Positions 19,115 to 30,126 of a DNA stretch of 64,000 bases are shown here, one piece after another (the first letter of the stretch is position 1; each line of letters starts with the position of its first letter). The notes beneath the pieces were generated by a model, which made no database searches, had not been told where the DNA came from, and was given only the letters and a program-made list of their open reading frames with translations. The stretch is from Vicinamibacteria bacterium (GTDB lineage Bacteria > Acidobacteriota > Vicinamibacteria > Marinacidobacterales > Marinacidobacteraceae). A program made the translations under genes and the position numbers. The stretch spans positions 1,184,001-1,248,000 of the forward strand of contig CAXXLQ010000004.1 of the NCBI GenBank assembly GCA_963668695.2. Reading direction: 5' to 3'.

Positions 19115-20937
19115 TGCAGGTAGCGGAACACGATGTCCTGGTCATCGGCGCCGGGGGCGCCGGACTCCGCGCGGCCATCGAGGCGTCGGCGACGGGCGCC
19201 AGCGTGGGCCTCGTCACCAAGTCGCTGCTCGGCAAGGCGCACACCGTGATGGCGGAGGGCGGGATCGCCGCCGCCCTCGGCAACGTGGACGGCCGCGACG
19301 ACTGGAAGACCCACTTCGCGGACACCATGCGGGGCGGCCAGTACGTCAACAACCCGACGATGGCCGAGCTCCACGCCCAGGAAGCGCCGGACCGGGTCCG
19401 GGAGCTGGAGGCCTGGGGGGCGGTGTTCGACCGCACGACCGACCAGAAAATCCTCCAGCGCAACTTCGGCGGCCACAAGTACCCGCGGCTCGCGCACGTC
19501 GGAGACCGGACCGGGCTGGAGATGATCCGCACCCTCCAGGACCACGGGATCCATCTCGGCATCGACGTCCACATGGAGTGGACGGTCACCGGGCTGATCA
19601 CCGATGGCGGCCGGGTGGTCGGCGCCTTCGGCTACGACCGCGAGAAGGGGCGCTTCCAGCTCTTCCGGGCGTCGGCGGTGGTGCTCGCCACCGGCGGGAT
19701 CGGGCGGGCGTTCCGGATCACCTCCAACAGTTGGGAATACACCGGTGACGGCCACGCGCTCGCCTACGAGGCCGGGGCCGAGTTGATCGACATGGAGTAC
19801 GTCCAGTTCCACCCGACCGGGATGGTCTGGCCGCCGAGCGTCCGGGGCATCCTGGTGACCGAGGGAGTGCGCGGCGAAGGCGGCGTCCTCCGGAACAGCG
19901 AGGGGCGCCGGTTCATGTTCGACGACATTCCGGACCCCTACAAGAACTCGACGGCGAGCGATCCGGAAGAGGGCTGGCGCTACACCCAGCGCGACAAGGA
20001 AGCGCGGCGGCCGCCTGAGCTGCTGACCCGCGACCACGTCGCCCGCTGCATCGTCCGGGAGATCCGGGAGGGCCGGGGCAGCCCGCACGGCGGGGTGTTC
20101 CTCGACATCTCCTGGATCAAGGAAAAGCTGAAGGACAGCGAAGCGCACATCCGGCGCAAGCTCCCGAGCATGTACCACCAGTTCAAGGAGTTGGCCGGGA
20201 TCGACATCACGAAGGAAGCGATGGAAGTCGGCCCCACCACCCACTACGTGATGGGCGGGGTCAAGGTGGACGGGGAGACCCAGATGTCCCGCGTCCCCGG
20301 CCTCTTCGCCGCCGGCGAGTGCGCGGGCGGCCTCCACGGGGCGAACCGGCTGGGCGGGAACTCGCTCTCCGACCTGCTGGTCTTCGGCAAGCGGGCCGGC
20401 GAGCAGGCGGCGGCGTTCGCGAGCGCGAATCCGCGGTCCGGCGCCGCCGGGGCCGAGGCCGAGCAGGTCGAAGCGGCCACCCGGGACGCCCTCGCCCCGC
20501 TTGAGCGGCAGGACGGCGGCGGCGGCGGGGTCGGTTCCTACGCCATCCAGAGCGAGCTCCAGGATCTCATGCAGACGAAAGTCGGCATCGTGCGCAACCA
20601 GGCGGAGCTGGAATCCGGGCTCGAGGGAGTGCTGGCGCTGAGAAAGCGAGCCGCAAACGTCAGCGCCTCCGGCAACCGCGCCTACAACCCCGGTTGGCAC
20701 ACCGCACTTGATCTGCCCAACCTGCTGCTCGTCTCCGAGGCGGTGGCGCGGGCCGCCGCGCTCCGGAAGGAGAGCCGCGGCGCCCACTTCCGCGAGGACC
20801 ACATCGGCAAGGACGAGCGCTGGGGGAACACCACCCTGGTGGTCCGGAAGGGCGCGGACGGCGGGATGGAAATCGTGGAAGAGCCGGTGACGCCGCCGCG
20901 GGAAGAGTTGCAGCAGATCATCGAGGAGAACCGCTGA
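19114..20937 (+). CDS. sdhA: Succinate dehydrogenase/fumarate reductase flavoprotein subunit
   Basis: GAGGAG, AHTVMAEGG, QFHPTG, HYVMGG, LHGANRLGGNSL, ESRGAHFR. Confidence 0.95.
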   Translation: MQVAEHDVLVIGAGGAGLRAAIEASATGASVGLVTKSLLGKAHTVMAEGGIAAALGNVDGRDDWKTHFADTMRGGQYVNNPTMAELHAQEAPDRVRELEAWGAVFDRTTDQKILQRNFGGHKYPRLAHVGDRTGLEMIRTLQDHGIHLGIDVHMEWTVTGLITDGGRVVGAFGYDREKGRFQLFRASAVVLATGGIGRAFRITSNSWEYTGDGHALAYEAGAELIDMEYVQFHPTGMVWPPSVRGILVTEGVRGEGGVLRNSEGRRFMFDDIPDPYKNSTASDPEEGWRYTQRDKEARRPPELLTRDHVARCIVREIREGRGSPHGGVFLDISWIKEKLKDSEAHIRRKLPSMYHQFKELAGIDITKEAMEVGPTTHYVMGGVKVDGETQMSRVPGLFAAGECAGGLHGANRLGGNSLSDLLVFGKRAGEQAAAFASANPRSGAAGAEAEQVEAATRDALAPLERQDGGGGGVGSYAIQSELQDLMQTKVGIVRNQAELESGLEGVLALRKRAANVSASGNRAYNPGWHTALDLPNLLLVSEAVARAAALRKESRGAHFREDHIGKDERWGNTTLVVRKGADGGMEIVEEPVTPPREELQQIIEENR

Positions 20938-21683
20938 TGGCCAGCAGGACCTTCCGCGTCTGGCGCGGAGAACGGGACGGCGAAGGCGGGTTCGCCGACT
21001 ACTCGACGGACATCACCGAGGGAATGGTCGTCCTCGACGCCGTCCACCAGATCCAGGCGGAGTCGGCGGGAGATCTCGCGGTCCGCTGGAACTGCAAGGC
21101 GGGCAAGTGCGGCTCCTGCAGCGCCGAGGTCAACGGCAATCCCCGGCTCATGTGCATGACCCGGATGAGCGATCTCCCCGAGGGCGAGCCGGTCACGATC
21201 GAGCCGATGCGGGCCTTCCCGCTGCTGAGGGATCTGGTGACCGACGTGAGCTGGAACTTCGAGGTCAAGAAGCGGATCAAGAAGTTCAAGCCCCGGGCGC
21301 CGGACGCCCCCGATGGAACCTGGCGGATGGAACAGCGCGACGTGGACCGCGTCCAGGAGTTCCGGAAGTGCATCGAATGCTTCCTCTGCCAGGACGTCTG
21401 CCACGTGCTCCGGGATTCGCAAAAGCACGACGAGTTCATCGGGCCCCGGTTCTTCGTCCACACCGCCGCCCTCGAGATGCACCCGCTCGATACCGAGGAC
21501 CGGCTCGAGGAGCTGAAGGAAGCCCAGGGCGTCGGCTACTGCAACATCACGAAGTGCTGCACCGAGGTCTGCCCGGAGCACATCACGATCACCGACAACG
21601 CGATCATCCCGCTCAAGGAGCGGGTGGTGGACCGCTTCTACGATCCGGTAAAGAACCTCTTCCGCATCATCACCGGCGGTTGA
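20937..21683 (+). CDS. sdhB: Succinate dehydrogenase iron-sulfur subunit
   Basis: CKAGKCGSC, CIECFLCQDVC, CNITKCCTEVCP. Confidence 0.95.
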   Translation: MASRTFRVWRGERDGEGGFADYSTDITEGMVVLDAVHQIQAESAGDLAVRWNCKAGKCGSCSAEVNGNPRLMCMTRMSDLPEGEPVTIEPMRAFPLLRDLVTDVSWNFEVKKRIKKFKPRAPDAPDGTWRMEQRDVDRVQEFRKCIECFLCQDVCHVLRDSQKHDEFIGPRFFVHTAALEMHPLDTEDRLEELKEAQGVGYCNITKCCTEVCPEHITITDNAIIPLKERVVDRFYDPVKNLFRIITGG

Positions 21684-21857
21684 TCCGCGCCCCTGCTGCC
21701 GGCCTGGGGCTTAACAGCCCCAGCCAGTCCGGCCCTCGGTGGTTGTTGCCGGGCGTCCGGCCCAGCCTTGGAAACCGGCGGGTTGCAATGACTTACGGCC
21801 TCCGACAAGATCCCGGGTCCGCTCCGGCCGCAACGGACCGGGGGAAAGGAATCACCC

Positions 21858-22229
21858 ATGAACACTTCGGGAATCATCAAGGGCGGGCTCGTAGCCGGTC
21901 TGCTCATCAACGTCAGCGAGTACGTGCTGAACATGATGGTGGTGCCGGTCGAAGGCGGCGGTGGATCCATCGCCTTCTGGGTCGTGTACGCCTTCGTGCT
22001 CGGCCTGCTGACCGCCTATCTGTACGCGCTGGTCCGTCCGCGCTGCGGCGGGGGGCCGAAGACGGGTGTCTGCGCCGGGTTGATCGTGTGGGCACTCCAC
22101 ACCTTGCTCCCCGCCGCCGGCATCGCCAACATGGGCCTCATGGATCTGAACGTGCTCGGGTTGGTGTGGACCGCCGTGGAGATGTCGCTCGCCGGCGTCC
22201 TGGCCGGGATGCTCTACAGCGAAGCCTAG
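21858..22229 (+). CDS. Small multi-pass membrane protein of unknown function
   Basis: AAGGA RBS; hydrophobic segments; GPKT motif; ends LYSEA. Confidence 0.75.
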   Translation: MNTSGIIKGGLVAGLLINVSEYVLNMMVVPVEGGGGSIAFWVVYAFVLGLLTAYLYALVRPRCGGGPKTGVCAGLIVWALHTLLPAAGIANMGLMDLNVLGLVWTAVEMSLAGVLAGMLYSEA

Positions 22230-22672
22230 GGAGCGGCCTCCGCGGCCAGCAGCATGGTCAGGCAAGGGAACGCCGACCTCCGGGCGGCAGAGAAGGACCC
22301 CCAGTTCGGGGGTGTCCGTTTCTCGGCGAAATCCCGTGGTTCGGCATCATCCGGGGAGCTGCGTGGGGACGATTCGCTGCGCCTTGCGCAGCGGTGCCGG
22401 GTCCCACCGGTAGGACGGGCAAGGTCCGCGTTCCCGTGTCGACGGCGCCATCGGCACGGTTAGCGCCCTAGCGCGAACAGCACTTTCACAGGGCCGGGCG
22501 GTTCTACTCCGAAGCCTGAGCCTTCCGGAGCGCGGACGCGAAGCACAACCCAAAGACTGGTCTCCGCGTCGGGCGTCGCCCCCTGTTCGGGATTTGAATT
22601 TCCAGGCAGTCTCGAAAAGCATTGCCGTACCGCGCCGGGTTCCGTCAGGACCCGAGGGAGAAGAGACGCCTA

Positions 22673-23023
22673 ATGAACAAGTTGCAATTCATCAAGAGCG
22701 GGTTGGTGGCTGGCCTGTTCATCAACGTCAGTGAGTACTTCGTGAGCGCGATGGTGCTCCAGGTACCGAGCGAATCCATGATGTTCTGGGTGGTTTACCG
22801 TTTCGCGCTCGGGTTCCTCGTCGCCACCATGTATGCGTTCCTGCTCCGGCGCGACTGGATCTCCGGACCCAAGACCGCCGCCTGCGCCGGGATCATCGTC
22901 TGGTTCGCCGCCGCCGGCCTGAACAATGTCGTACTGGGATTCAGCGTCGTCGCCCTGGTCTGGATCTTCGCGGAGATGACCGTTGCCGGTCTCCTGGCCG
23001 GCAAGCTCTACAGCGAAGCCTAA
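22673..23023 (+). CDS. Paralog of 21858..22229
   Basis: IKSGLVAGLFINVSEY...GPKTA...LYSEA. Confidence 0.75.
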   Translation: MNKLQFIKSGLVAGLFINVSEYFVSAMVLQVPSESMMFWVVYRFALGFLVATMYAFLLRRDWISGPKTAACAGIIVWFAAAGLNNVVLGFSVVALVWIFAEMTVAGLLAGKLYSEA

Positions 23024-23095
23024 GAACGCCGGCCAGTTCTTCCGGTGGGGCTTCACACCGGCATCGCCCGCCCGCCGGGCGGGCGAAACCCGCGC
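23024..23095 (+). repeat. REP-like unit with inverted insert
   Basis: GAACGCCGG[CCAGTTCTTCCGGTGGGG]CTTCACACCGGCATCG versus the empty allele GCGCCGGTGTTCACACCGGCATCG near 63311. Confidence 0.75.
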
Positions 23096-23112
23096 GTCGC
23101 TCGCTCGGGCGG

Positions 23113-26100
23113 CTACCTCCCCCCGAGCACCTCCCGCGCACGCCGGACCTGCTCCTCATCCCCCGCCCGGGCGGCGGCTTCCAGCAGACCCCGATAGAGG
23201 TTGAGGTCCGTGGGATCGCGGTCCACCGCCTCCCGGTAGAGCCGGACCGCCTCTGAGGGGCGTCCCGACGCCAGCTCGAAGGCCCCGAAGTTCGCCCAGT
23301 GGAACGCCGGGCCCGGCGACTGCGCGACGAGGTTCGAAAAGGCTTCCCGCGCCTCGGTCGTCCGTCCGAGTTCCGCGAGCGCCACCGCCCGAACGCGGAG
23401 CGCCCGTTCCGTCTCCGGCCGGGCCGCCAGGATGGCGGCGGACTGTTCGGCGGCTTCCTCCGCCCTGCCGCGGCGCACGCTCAGCTCGGCGAGCCAGGCC
23501 GCCGCCTCCGCATCCTGCGGGTCGCTTCCGAGCACCGCCAGCACCAGCGCCTCGGCGGAGTCCCAGGCGCCGCGTTCGACCTGGACTTCGGCTGACAGGA
23601 GCAGCGCCTCGCGATCCTCGGCCAGCTCGGCCGGTCCGCCCTCGAGTACCGCCGCCGCTTCGTCGGGCCTGCGCGCCCGCAGCAGGAGCTGGGCGAGCGA
23701 AACGGTGAGCGCCCGCGCGGTCTCGCTCGCCGCTGGAACGGTCCCCAGCGCGGCCCGCAGGGCTTCCGCACCCTCTGCCGCCCTGCCGCTCGCCAGCGCG
23801 GCTGCACCAGCCGCCGCTGCTGCGCTTCGGTTCGGCGGGATCGAGTTCGAGCGCCTGCCGGGCCAGCTCGAGCGCCCAGTCCGGGTTCTGGGCGGAGAGG
23901 AGTCCGGCGGCGCGGCCCGCGAGCCTTCCGGCGTCGGGTGAAGGCGCCGGCCCGAAGGGCCCGAAAGGCGGTTCCGAGGCGAGCCGCTCGAGCGCCCGGC
24001 GGTTTTGGAAAGCGGTGGTGGCGTGGACGGACAGCGGCGCCCGGAACTCCAGGATCGGATGGTCGTCCCGGTGCCGCGGCGCCCCGGCGGCCCAGGCTGC
24101 CAGTTCCGGACCCGCCGCCGTAAGCCAGCCGCGGAGCGCACGGAAGTCCGTGATGCCGTAAGGGGCGAGCTCGTCAGCCAACCGGGCGATGCGGGGCTCG
24201 ATATTGCGCCCCGGAACCGGCGGGAACGCCCCGTTCGAGCCGATCAGCAGCGCGTCCCCGTCGTGGAGCACGAAGAGCACGGCTTGCGGGAAGACATCGG
24301 TGAACCCGCCCACCACCGTCCGCAGGCTCTCCTCCGCGAGGTTGTAGAGGTGGATCCACTGGCAGAAGAGGCCGCCGTCCTTGAGCCGCGAGCGCACCAG
24401 CTCGAAGAACTCCACCGTGAAGAGCGGTGAAACGCCGCTCATCCAGGGGTTCGACGGTTCCGAGATCACGACATCGAACGAATCGCGGGAGAAGAGCAGG
24501 TGGTTCCGCGCGTCCACCTCCAGGAGCGAAAAGCGTTCGTCCGCCCACGGCGCACGGTTGCTCTCTCCGAAGAGCCGGGACGCCTGCGCCACCTCCGGGG
24601 AGATTTCGGCGGCGGTCACCCGCTTTACCCCGTGCCGGAGGGCGGCGCCGGCGGTGACCCCGCTCCCGTGTCCCACGATGAACACCGAGTCCGGCGCGGG
24701 GTGGAGGAGGAGCGGCAGGTGCGCCAGCATCCGCTGCGTCAGCATGTCCGCCCCGTCGGTCGCGTCCACCTTCCCGTCGATGGCGAGCGAGAGTTCGCCG
24801 CCCACCTCCTTCACGGACACCGTCGCGGCGGCGCCCTGCTCCAGGAAGCGCAGCTCGCCCCGGCGCAGGAAGTCCCGGTGGCGGGAAACCTCCATCTGCG
24901 GCGCAACGCGGTAGAGCCCGCCGGAGAGCGCCTCCCAGTCCCAGGATGCCGTGGCGCCGACGCCGAAGGCAGCAAGCGAGCCGGCGAACAGCAACGTCAG
25001 GACCCGGGGCTTCGCCACGAGCGCGGCCGCGAGCTGGGCGAGCACGGCAGCGAGCAGCGCCGCCTCGATGCCGAGCCAGGGGATGATGAGGAAACCCGCC
25101 GCGAGCGCGCCGAGTACGTTCCCGCTGGCGTTCGTCGCGTAGATCGTCCCGGTGGCGCGCCCGGCGTCTCCGGCGGAGGAACCGCCGGAGGTTGCGGCGC
25201 CCCCCACCGCCAGCGGAAAGGTGGCGCCGAAGGCGAGGCCGGGCAGGAGCAGCACTGCCGCGGTGCCCAGGAACTGGAGGTTGAGGAGGTGCGGCACGTC
25301 CGCGGCGTTTTCGGCGACCAGTTCCCCGATCGGGAGCACGAGACGGCTTCCGAACCACGCGACGGCGGCCGAAGCGGCCGCTCCCCCGAGCTGGACGATC
25401 GCCAACCAGGTGCGGGCGCTTCCGCCGCCGCGCCACCGCTCCGCGAGTCGCCCGGCGGCCGCGCTGCCGAGCGCGACCCCCAGGATCACCGACGCCACCA
25501 CGCAGGCGAAGGTGTAGATCGTGGGCCCGAAGAGCAGGGAGGCGAGTCGCGCCCAGCCGATTTCGGCGGCCATCGCGGCGAACCCGGAGAGCGCCGCGAT
25601 CCCGGAGAAGGGCGCCGTCCCGCGCCCTCCGAACCACGGGCCCCGGGTTGCCTGCGGGAGGCTCCCGGCCGGAGCCCTGCCGAAGCGGGTCCACACCAGG
25701 ACTCCGGCCAGCAGGTTTGCGGCGATCCCGCAGACCGAGGACCCGGTGAGGCCCAGTTCGGGAATCAGCATCCGGGCGGCGGCCACGCTCCCGATGAGGG
25801 CGCCCACGGTGTTCACGGCATAGAGCCAGCCGGCGGCGCCCGCTTCGCCGCGGTCCCGAACCCGGCGGCTGAGCGCGGTGAGCGTCGGCAGGGTGGCGCC
25901 CATCAGGGTGGCGGCGGGCAGGAGGAAAAGAGCGGCCAGCATCGCGGTGGGCGCCAGCGCGCTCTCCGGGGTCGCCGCCGCTCTGACGAGGGGCACGGTT
26001 CCGGCCAGATAGAGCGGCAACCCCGCCGCGAATCCCGCTGCCCCCAGTTCCAGGACCAGGAACCGTCGCGCCAGCCGCGCGGCCCCGAGTCTTCCGCCCG

Positions 26101-26296
26101 AGCGCGCGGCCAGGATCGCACCCAGCCCGAGTCCGCCAAGGAACATGGCGAGCACCACGGTCACTGCGGCGTTCGTCGTCCCGAGCACGACGGCGAAGCG
26201 CCGCACCCAGACGATCTGGTAGGTCAGCGACGCGAAGCCCGAGAGCAGGATCGCGAAGCCGAGCAGGGCGCCTCTACCTCCGCGCGCGGCGTTCAT
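23113..26296 (-). pseudogene. Fused MFS-like / spermidine-synthase-like / TPR protein, frameshifted near 23830
   Basis: ORF 23156..26296 has LSGFASLTYQIVW, GATLP, IDGKVD, GHGSG and DVVISEPSNPW, then loses sense after LELDPAEP. The TPR tail continues in the frame of ORF 23113..24141. Confidence 0.75.
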
Positions 26297-26327
26297 CGCA
26301 CAGGCAGCGTAGTGCCTGGCCCGCGTC

Positions 26328-27380
26328 CTATCGCTGTTCCGGTTCGCCTCCGGTCCGGTGCAGATACCCGCTCCGCGCCCGGACGTTCGCCCCGTCCCGG
26401 TTCACCGTGACTTCCAGCGAGCGCCAGCCCGGGGGCTGATCGGGGTCCGGCACGAAGGCGAGTGCGTAGCGGGACCGCATTTCCTCCAGGATCTCTCCGT
26501 AGGCAGCCAGCAGGCGCCGTTCGTCACGGCTCTGCACCAGTCGGCCGCCGCTTAGTTCGGCGACGTGGCGCAGGAGCTGGAGTTCCGAGGGGGCGCGCAT
26601 GCCGGCGCGCGTCCGGAGGTTCCGGCGCGGCCCGTCGAGCAGGATCTCGAGTGCATCGGGGGCGATTCCGCCGTTCATGCGCCGGATGCCGATGCGCCGC
26701 CGGCGCGCCACCGAGGGGGGGACGAAATCCTGATTCCGGTAGCGGTATCGCTGGCGGGCCGTGCCCCGGGTGTCCGGGGGAATGACGACGTAAAGCACCG
26801 CCTCGCTGCCCTGGAGCGCCGGCTCCACGAACCCCTCCGGCGTCCAGCTCATGGTGTCCGCGCCGTCGGTAAACATGATGACCACCTTCCGTCCGGGCTC
26901 CTCCTCGACGAGCGCCGTGGAAAGCACGACCGAATCCCAAAGCGCCGTGCCCCCGACGACTCCCTCCGGGGGGAAGGGGTTCGGGGGAAGGTCCGAACAG
27001 CCGGCGAAGTCGTGGGTCACAGCGGGTTCGGAAGCGAAGGTGACGACCGCACAGCGGTCCTGTCCGGACAGTTGGCCGGAGAACTGCCGGGCCGCCTCCG
27101 CGAGGCGCTGCCGGCGTTCCTGTGTGACGCTCTGGCTCATGTCCATCACGAAGAGCACCGAGACCGGCAGGTCTTCGAGCGGCACCAGCCGGACGTCCCG
27201 GCGGACGCCCCCGTCGAGGAGGACGAAATCCCGCGCCGTGAGGTCCGCCACCGGGCGGTCCCGCCGGGTGACGACGACGTCCACGAGGACCTCTTCCACC
27301 GTGACGCGGAAACGGACCTGCCCGGACGCGGCGGAGGCCAGGACAGGGACGAGCAGCGCGGCGGTGAGGAACGTGCGCAT
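26328..27380 (-). CDS. Acidobacterial VWA-domain protein
   Basis: Signal peptide; VLVDVVVT, DMSQS (MIDAS), GTALWDSV, FTDGAD, SGG, VRARSGY. Confidence 0.85.
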   Translation of the reverse strand: MRTFLTAALLVPVLASAASGQVRFRVTVEEVLVDVVVTRRDRPVADLTARDFVLLDGGVRRDVRLVPLEDLPVSVLFVMDMSQSVTQERRQRLAEAARQFSGQLSGQDRCAVVTFASEPAVTHDFAGCSDLPPNPFPPEGVVGGTALWDSVVLSTALVEEEPGRKVVIMFTDGADTMSWTPEGFVEPALQGSEAVLYVVIPPDTRGTARQRYRYRNQDFVPPSVARRRRIGIRRMNGGIAPDALEILLDGPRRNLRTRAGMRAPSELQLLRHVAELSGGRLVQSRDERRLLAAYGEILEEMRSRYALAFVPDPDQPPGWRSLEVTVNRDGANVRARSGYLHRTGGEPEQR

Positions 27381-27386
27381 CAGGGA

Positions 27387-28391
27387 CTAATCCTGCGGCA
27401 ACAGGACCAGGCCCCGAAGCCGGTCCAGGCGCACGATCTCGTCCGCGAGCGGCTGGACGAGAAAGCGCCACCAGGTGTCCTGTCCGGTGCTCTGGGATAA
27501 GAAGCCGCGCACCGCTTCCGCAGCGCCCTCGCCGTCCCCGAGCGTCTGGCGCGCGGCGGCGAGGCCGGCGGCCGCCGACATCGAACCCAGGTGAACGGCC
27601 TGCGCTTCGGCGAAGGCCGCTTCCGCCGCCGCCGCGCGCTCGAGCCAGAGCAGGGTTTCGCCGCGCAGCAACAAGGAGACAAAGCGATGCACCGCGCTCA
27701 GGTTGTCGCCCGCCATCCCCAGCCGCTTGAGCGCGTCCTCGGGGTCGCCCGCCCGCAACGTGAGGTGGGCGATCCGGAGGTGGAGTGCCGCCGGGTCTCC
27801 CTCGCCCTCCAGCAGCAGATCCTCATAGCCGGCCTGCGCCTGATCCATGAACCGCTCGTCGTGGAGACCCCAGCCGATGAACTCCGCGAGGTGCGCCCGG
27901 GCGAAGCGGACCTCGGTGAAATCCGGATACCGGTCGGCCAGGAACTTGCCCATCCGCGCCGCGCCGTCAAGCCGCCCGCGATCCACGTACACCCCGAGAA
28001 GCCCCAGGTGAGCGTCCCGAATCCAGGCGTCGCGCCGCGTGCCGCTGACCCGGTTCAGCAGGTCGCGCGCGATGCTTTCGTTCTTTTCGGGCTCCATCTC
28101 CGCTGCCCACGCCAGGTCGAAATGGAGCATCGCGGCAGCGAGCACATCAAGGTCCCGTGCCACGTCCGTCCGCTGGCGGAAGTACTCCTCGGCCTGGTCG
28201 CGGAGGCGGCCGACGGAGAACGCCATGCTCGCCTGGAGGGCGGTCCGGAAGTCGCCGCTCCGGTATACCGCGAGCCGGGATGCGTAGGCATCGAGGTTCC
28301 GCTGCTGGGAGTGCGCCCCGCCGGGCAGCAGGCACAGGGTGGCCGCCGCGAACGCCGCTGCGGGCAGCCCCCGCGCGCGAATTCTTCGCAT
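27387..28391 (-). CDS. Exported TPR-like helical protein
   Basis: Signal peptide from ATG 28391; amphipathic helical repeats; upstream of the VWA gene. Confidence 0.65.
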   Translation of the reverse strand: MRRIRARGLPAAAFAAATLCLLPGGAHSQQRNLDAYASRLAVYRSGDFRTALQASMAFSVGRLRDQAEEYFRQRTDVARDLDVLAAAMLHFDLAWAAEMEPEKNESIARDLLNRVSGTRRDAWIRDAHLGLLGVYVDRGRLDGAARMGKFLADRYPDFTEVRFARAHLAEFIGWGLHDERFMDQAQAGYEDLLLEGEGDPAALHLRIAHLTLRAGDPEDALKRLGMAGDNLSAVHRFVSLLLRGETLLWLERAAAAEAAFAEAQAVHLGSMSAAAGLAAARQTLGDGEGAAEAVRGFLSQSTGQDTWWRFLVQPLADEIVRLDRLRGLVLLPQD

Positions 28392-28547
28392 CCGGTCTCC
28401 GCGGGCTCGCATGCCGGCAGCCCGTAGGCAAAGTGACACGGCGTTCCCGAGCCAGAAGGGATGGGGGTCGGGTAGCCCCGCCCCCCGTCCCTTCCGCTCC
28501 GGGGTCTCCGCGGTGCTGGCGCCCCGCTCCGGAAACGAGCGGTGATT

Positions 28548-28712
28548 CATCCTGGCTGAACCGCTTCGCTCATCGTTGCGCGTCGGTCGAAATACACCAG
28601 GGCCAGTTCTCCCGGTGGGGGCTCCTCCCTCGCGCGCCTTGTCAGCCGGGCGCCTCGCCCCCACCGGGAGAACTGGCGCTCTCGGCGCTCGCGCCACTTT
28701 ACCCACGGACTG
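28548..28712. mobile_element. Partial MITE copy with two 19-nt inserts
   Basis: Aligns to 44470-44607; inserts at 28603-28621 and 28658-28676. Confidence 0.75.
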
Positions 28713-28833
28713 CACAAAAGCCATTGTCCCACCGGCGCCCCGCCCACCTGACGCCGGCTGGTACCATGATGTGTTTCCCGGTCTCCGCCGGATGCATTCG
28801 CATCTTCTCCGGCGCCGGAAACGAGGAAGCTCC

Positions 28834-30126
28834 ATGTCGTTGAAAAACCGTTCCCTTCTGCTTGGCGGCGGGGCGCTGGTCGTCCTGATGGCCGCTTTCT
28901 TGTCCGGTTGCGGCGGCGGTGAGGAAGAACCCGCCGCAATGACTGAGGAAGATCAGATCCTCGCGGACGCCCGGCGCATCCACGACGCGGTGATGACCCT
29001 CGACACCCATATCGACATCCCCTTCAACTACGCGACCGAGGAGGTGGACCCCGGGAACCTCAACGAGGACTTCCAGGTGGACTATCCCCGGATGCAGGAA
29101 GGCGGCCTGAATGTCGGCTTCTTCATCGTGTACTTCGGCCAGACCGAGCGGACGCCCGAGAACTACGAAGCCGCCAAAGAGGGGGCGCTGACGAAGTTCG
29201 ATTCCATCCACCGCGCCACCTCGATGCATGCGGACGTCATCGAACTCGCCCACACCGCGGACGATGCGGAGCGCATCCACGCCGAGGGGAAACTGGTCGC
29301 GATGATCGGGATCGAGAACGGCTATGTGATCGGCAAGGACCTCTCGCTTCTCGAGACGTACCACGGACTCGGCGCCCGCTACATCACCCTCGCCCACAAC
29401 GGGCATAACGACATCGCCGACTCCTGCAACCCGCGGGAGGAACTCGGCGATGCCGAAGCGGAGCACGGCGGGATCAGCGAGTTCGGCAAAGAGGTGATCG
29501 CCGAGATGAACCGGCTCGGCATCCTGGTGGACGTCTCCCACATCTCGAAGGACGCCATGCTGCAGGCGGCGGAACTCTCGGCCGCCCCGGTCATCGCGTC
29601 GCACTCGGGCACCAAGGCGCTCGCCGACGTCTCCCGGAACATGGACGACGAGCAGCTCCGCGCGCTCGCCGCGAACGGCGGCGTGATGCAGACGGTGGCG
29701 CTCCGGGGCTTCGTCAGGACTGATCCCCCCGGCAAGACCCAGGCAACGAGCGATCTCATGGCGGAGTACGGGATCTCCTCCCGCGGCGAAATTGGCTCGC
29801 TGAGCGAGGAGGACCAGGCCGCGCTCCGGAACCGGATGATGGACATCAGCGCCGAGTTTCCCGTGGCCGTGGGCGATTTCGTGGATCACATCGACCACGG
29901 GGTCGAGGTGATGGGTCTCGACCACGTCGCGATCTCGTCGGACTTCGACGGCGGCGGCGGCGTGGACGGCTGGGACAGCGCCGCGGAGACGCTCAACGTG
30001 ACGATCGAGCTGGTGCGCCGTGGCTACACCGAAGACCAGATCGCCCAGCTCTGGAGCGGGAACACGCTGCGGATCCTCCGGGAGGCCGAGCGGGTGGCCG
30101 CGGAGATGCAGGCGCCCGGTTCGTGA
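28834..30126 (+). CDS. Membrane dipeptidase (peptidase M19) lipoprotein
   Basis: LSGC lipobox; LDTHID, IGIENG, VDVSH, IASHS, SSDFDGG. Confidence 0.92.
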   Translation: MSLKNRSLLLGGGALVVLMAAFLSGCGGGEEEPAAMTEEDQILADARRIHDAVMTLDTHIDIPFNYATEEVDPGNLNEDFQVDYPRMQEGGLNVGFFIVYFGQTERTPENYEAAKEGALTKFDSIHRATSMHADVIELAHTADDAERIHAEGKLVAMIGIENGYVIGKDLSLLETYHGLGARYITLAHNGHNDIADSCNPREELGDAEAEHGGISEFGKEVIAEMNRLGILVDVSHISKDAMLQAAELSAAPVIASHSGTKALADVSRNMDDEQLRALAANGGVMQTVALRGFVRTDPPGKTQATSDLMAEYGISSRGEIGSLSEEDQAALRNRMMDISAEFPVAVGDFVDHIDHGVEVMGLDHVAISSDFDGGGGVDGWDSAAETLNVTIELVRRGYTEDQIAQLWSGNTLRILREAERVAAEMQAPGS

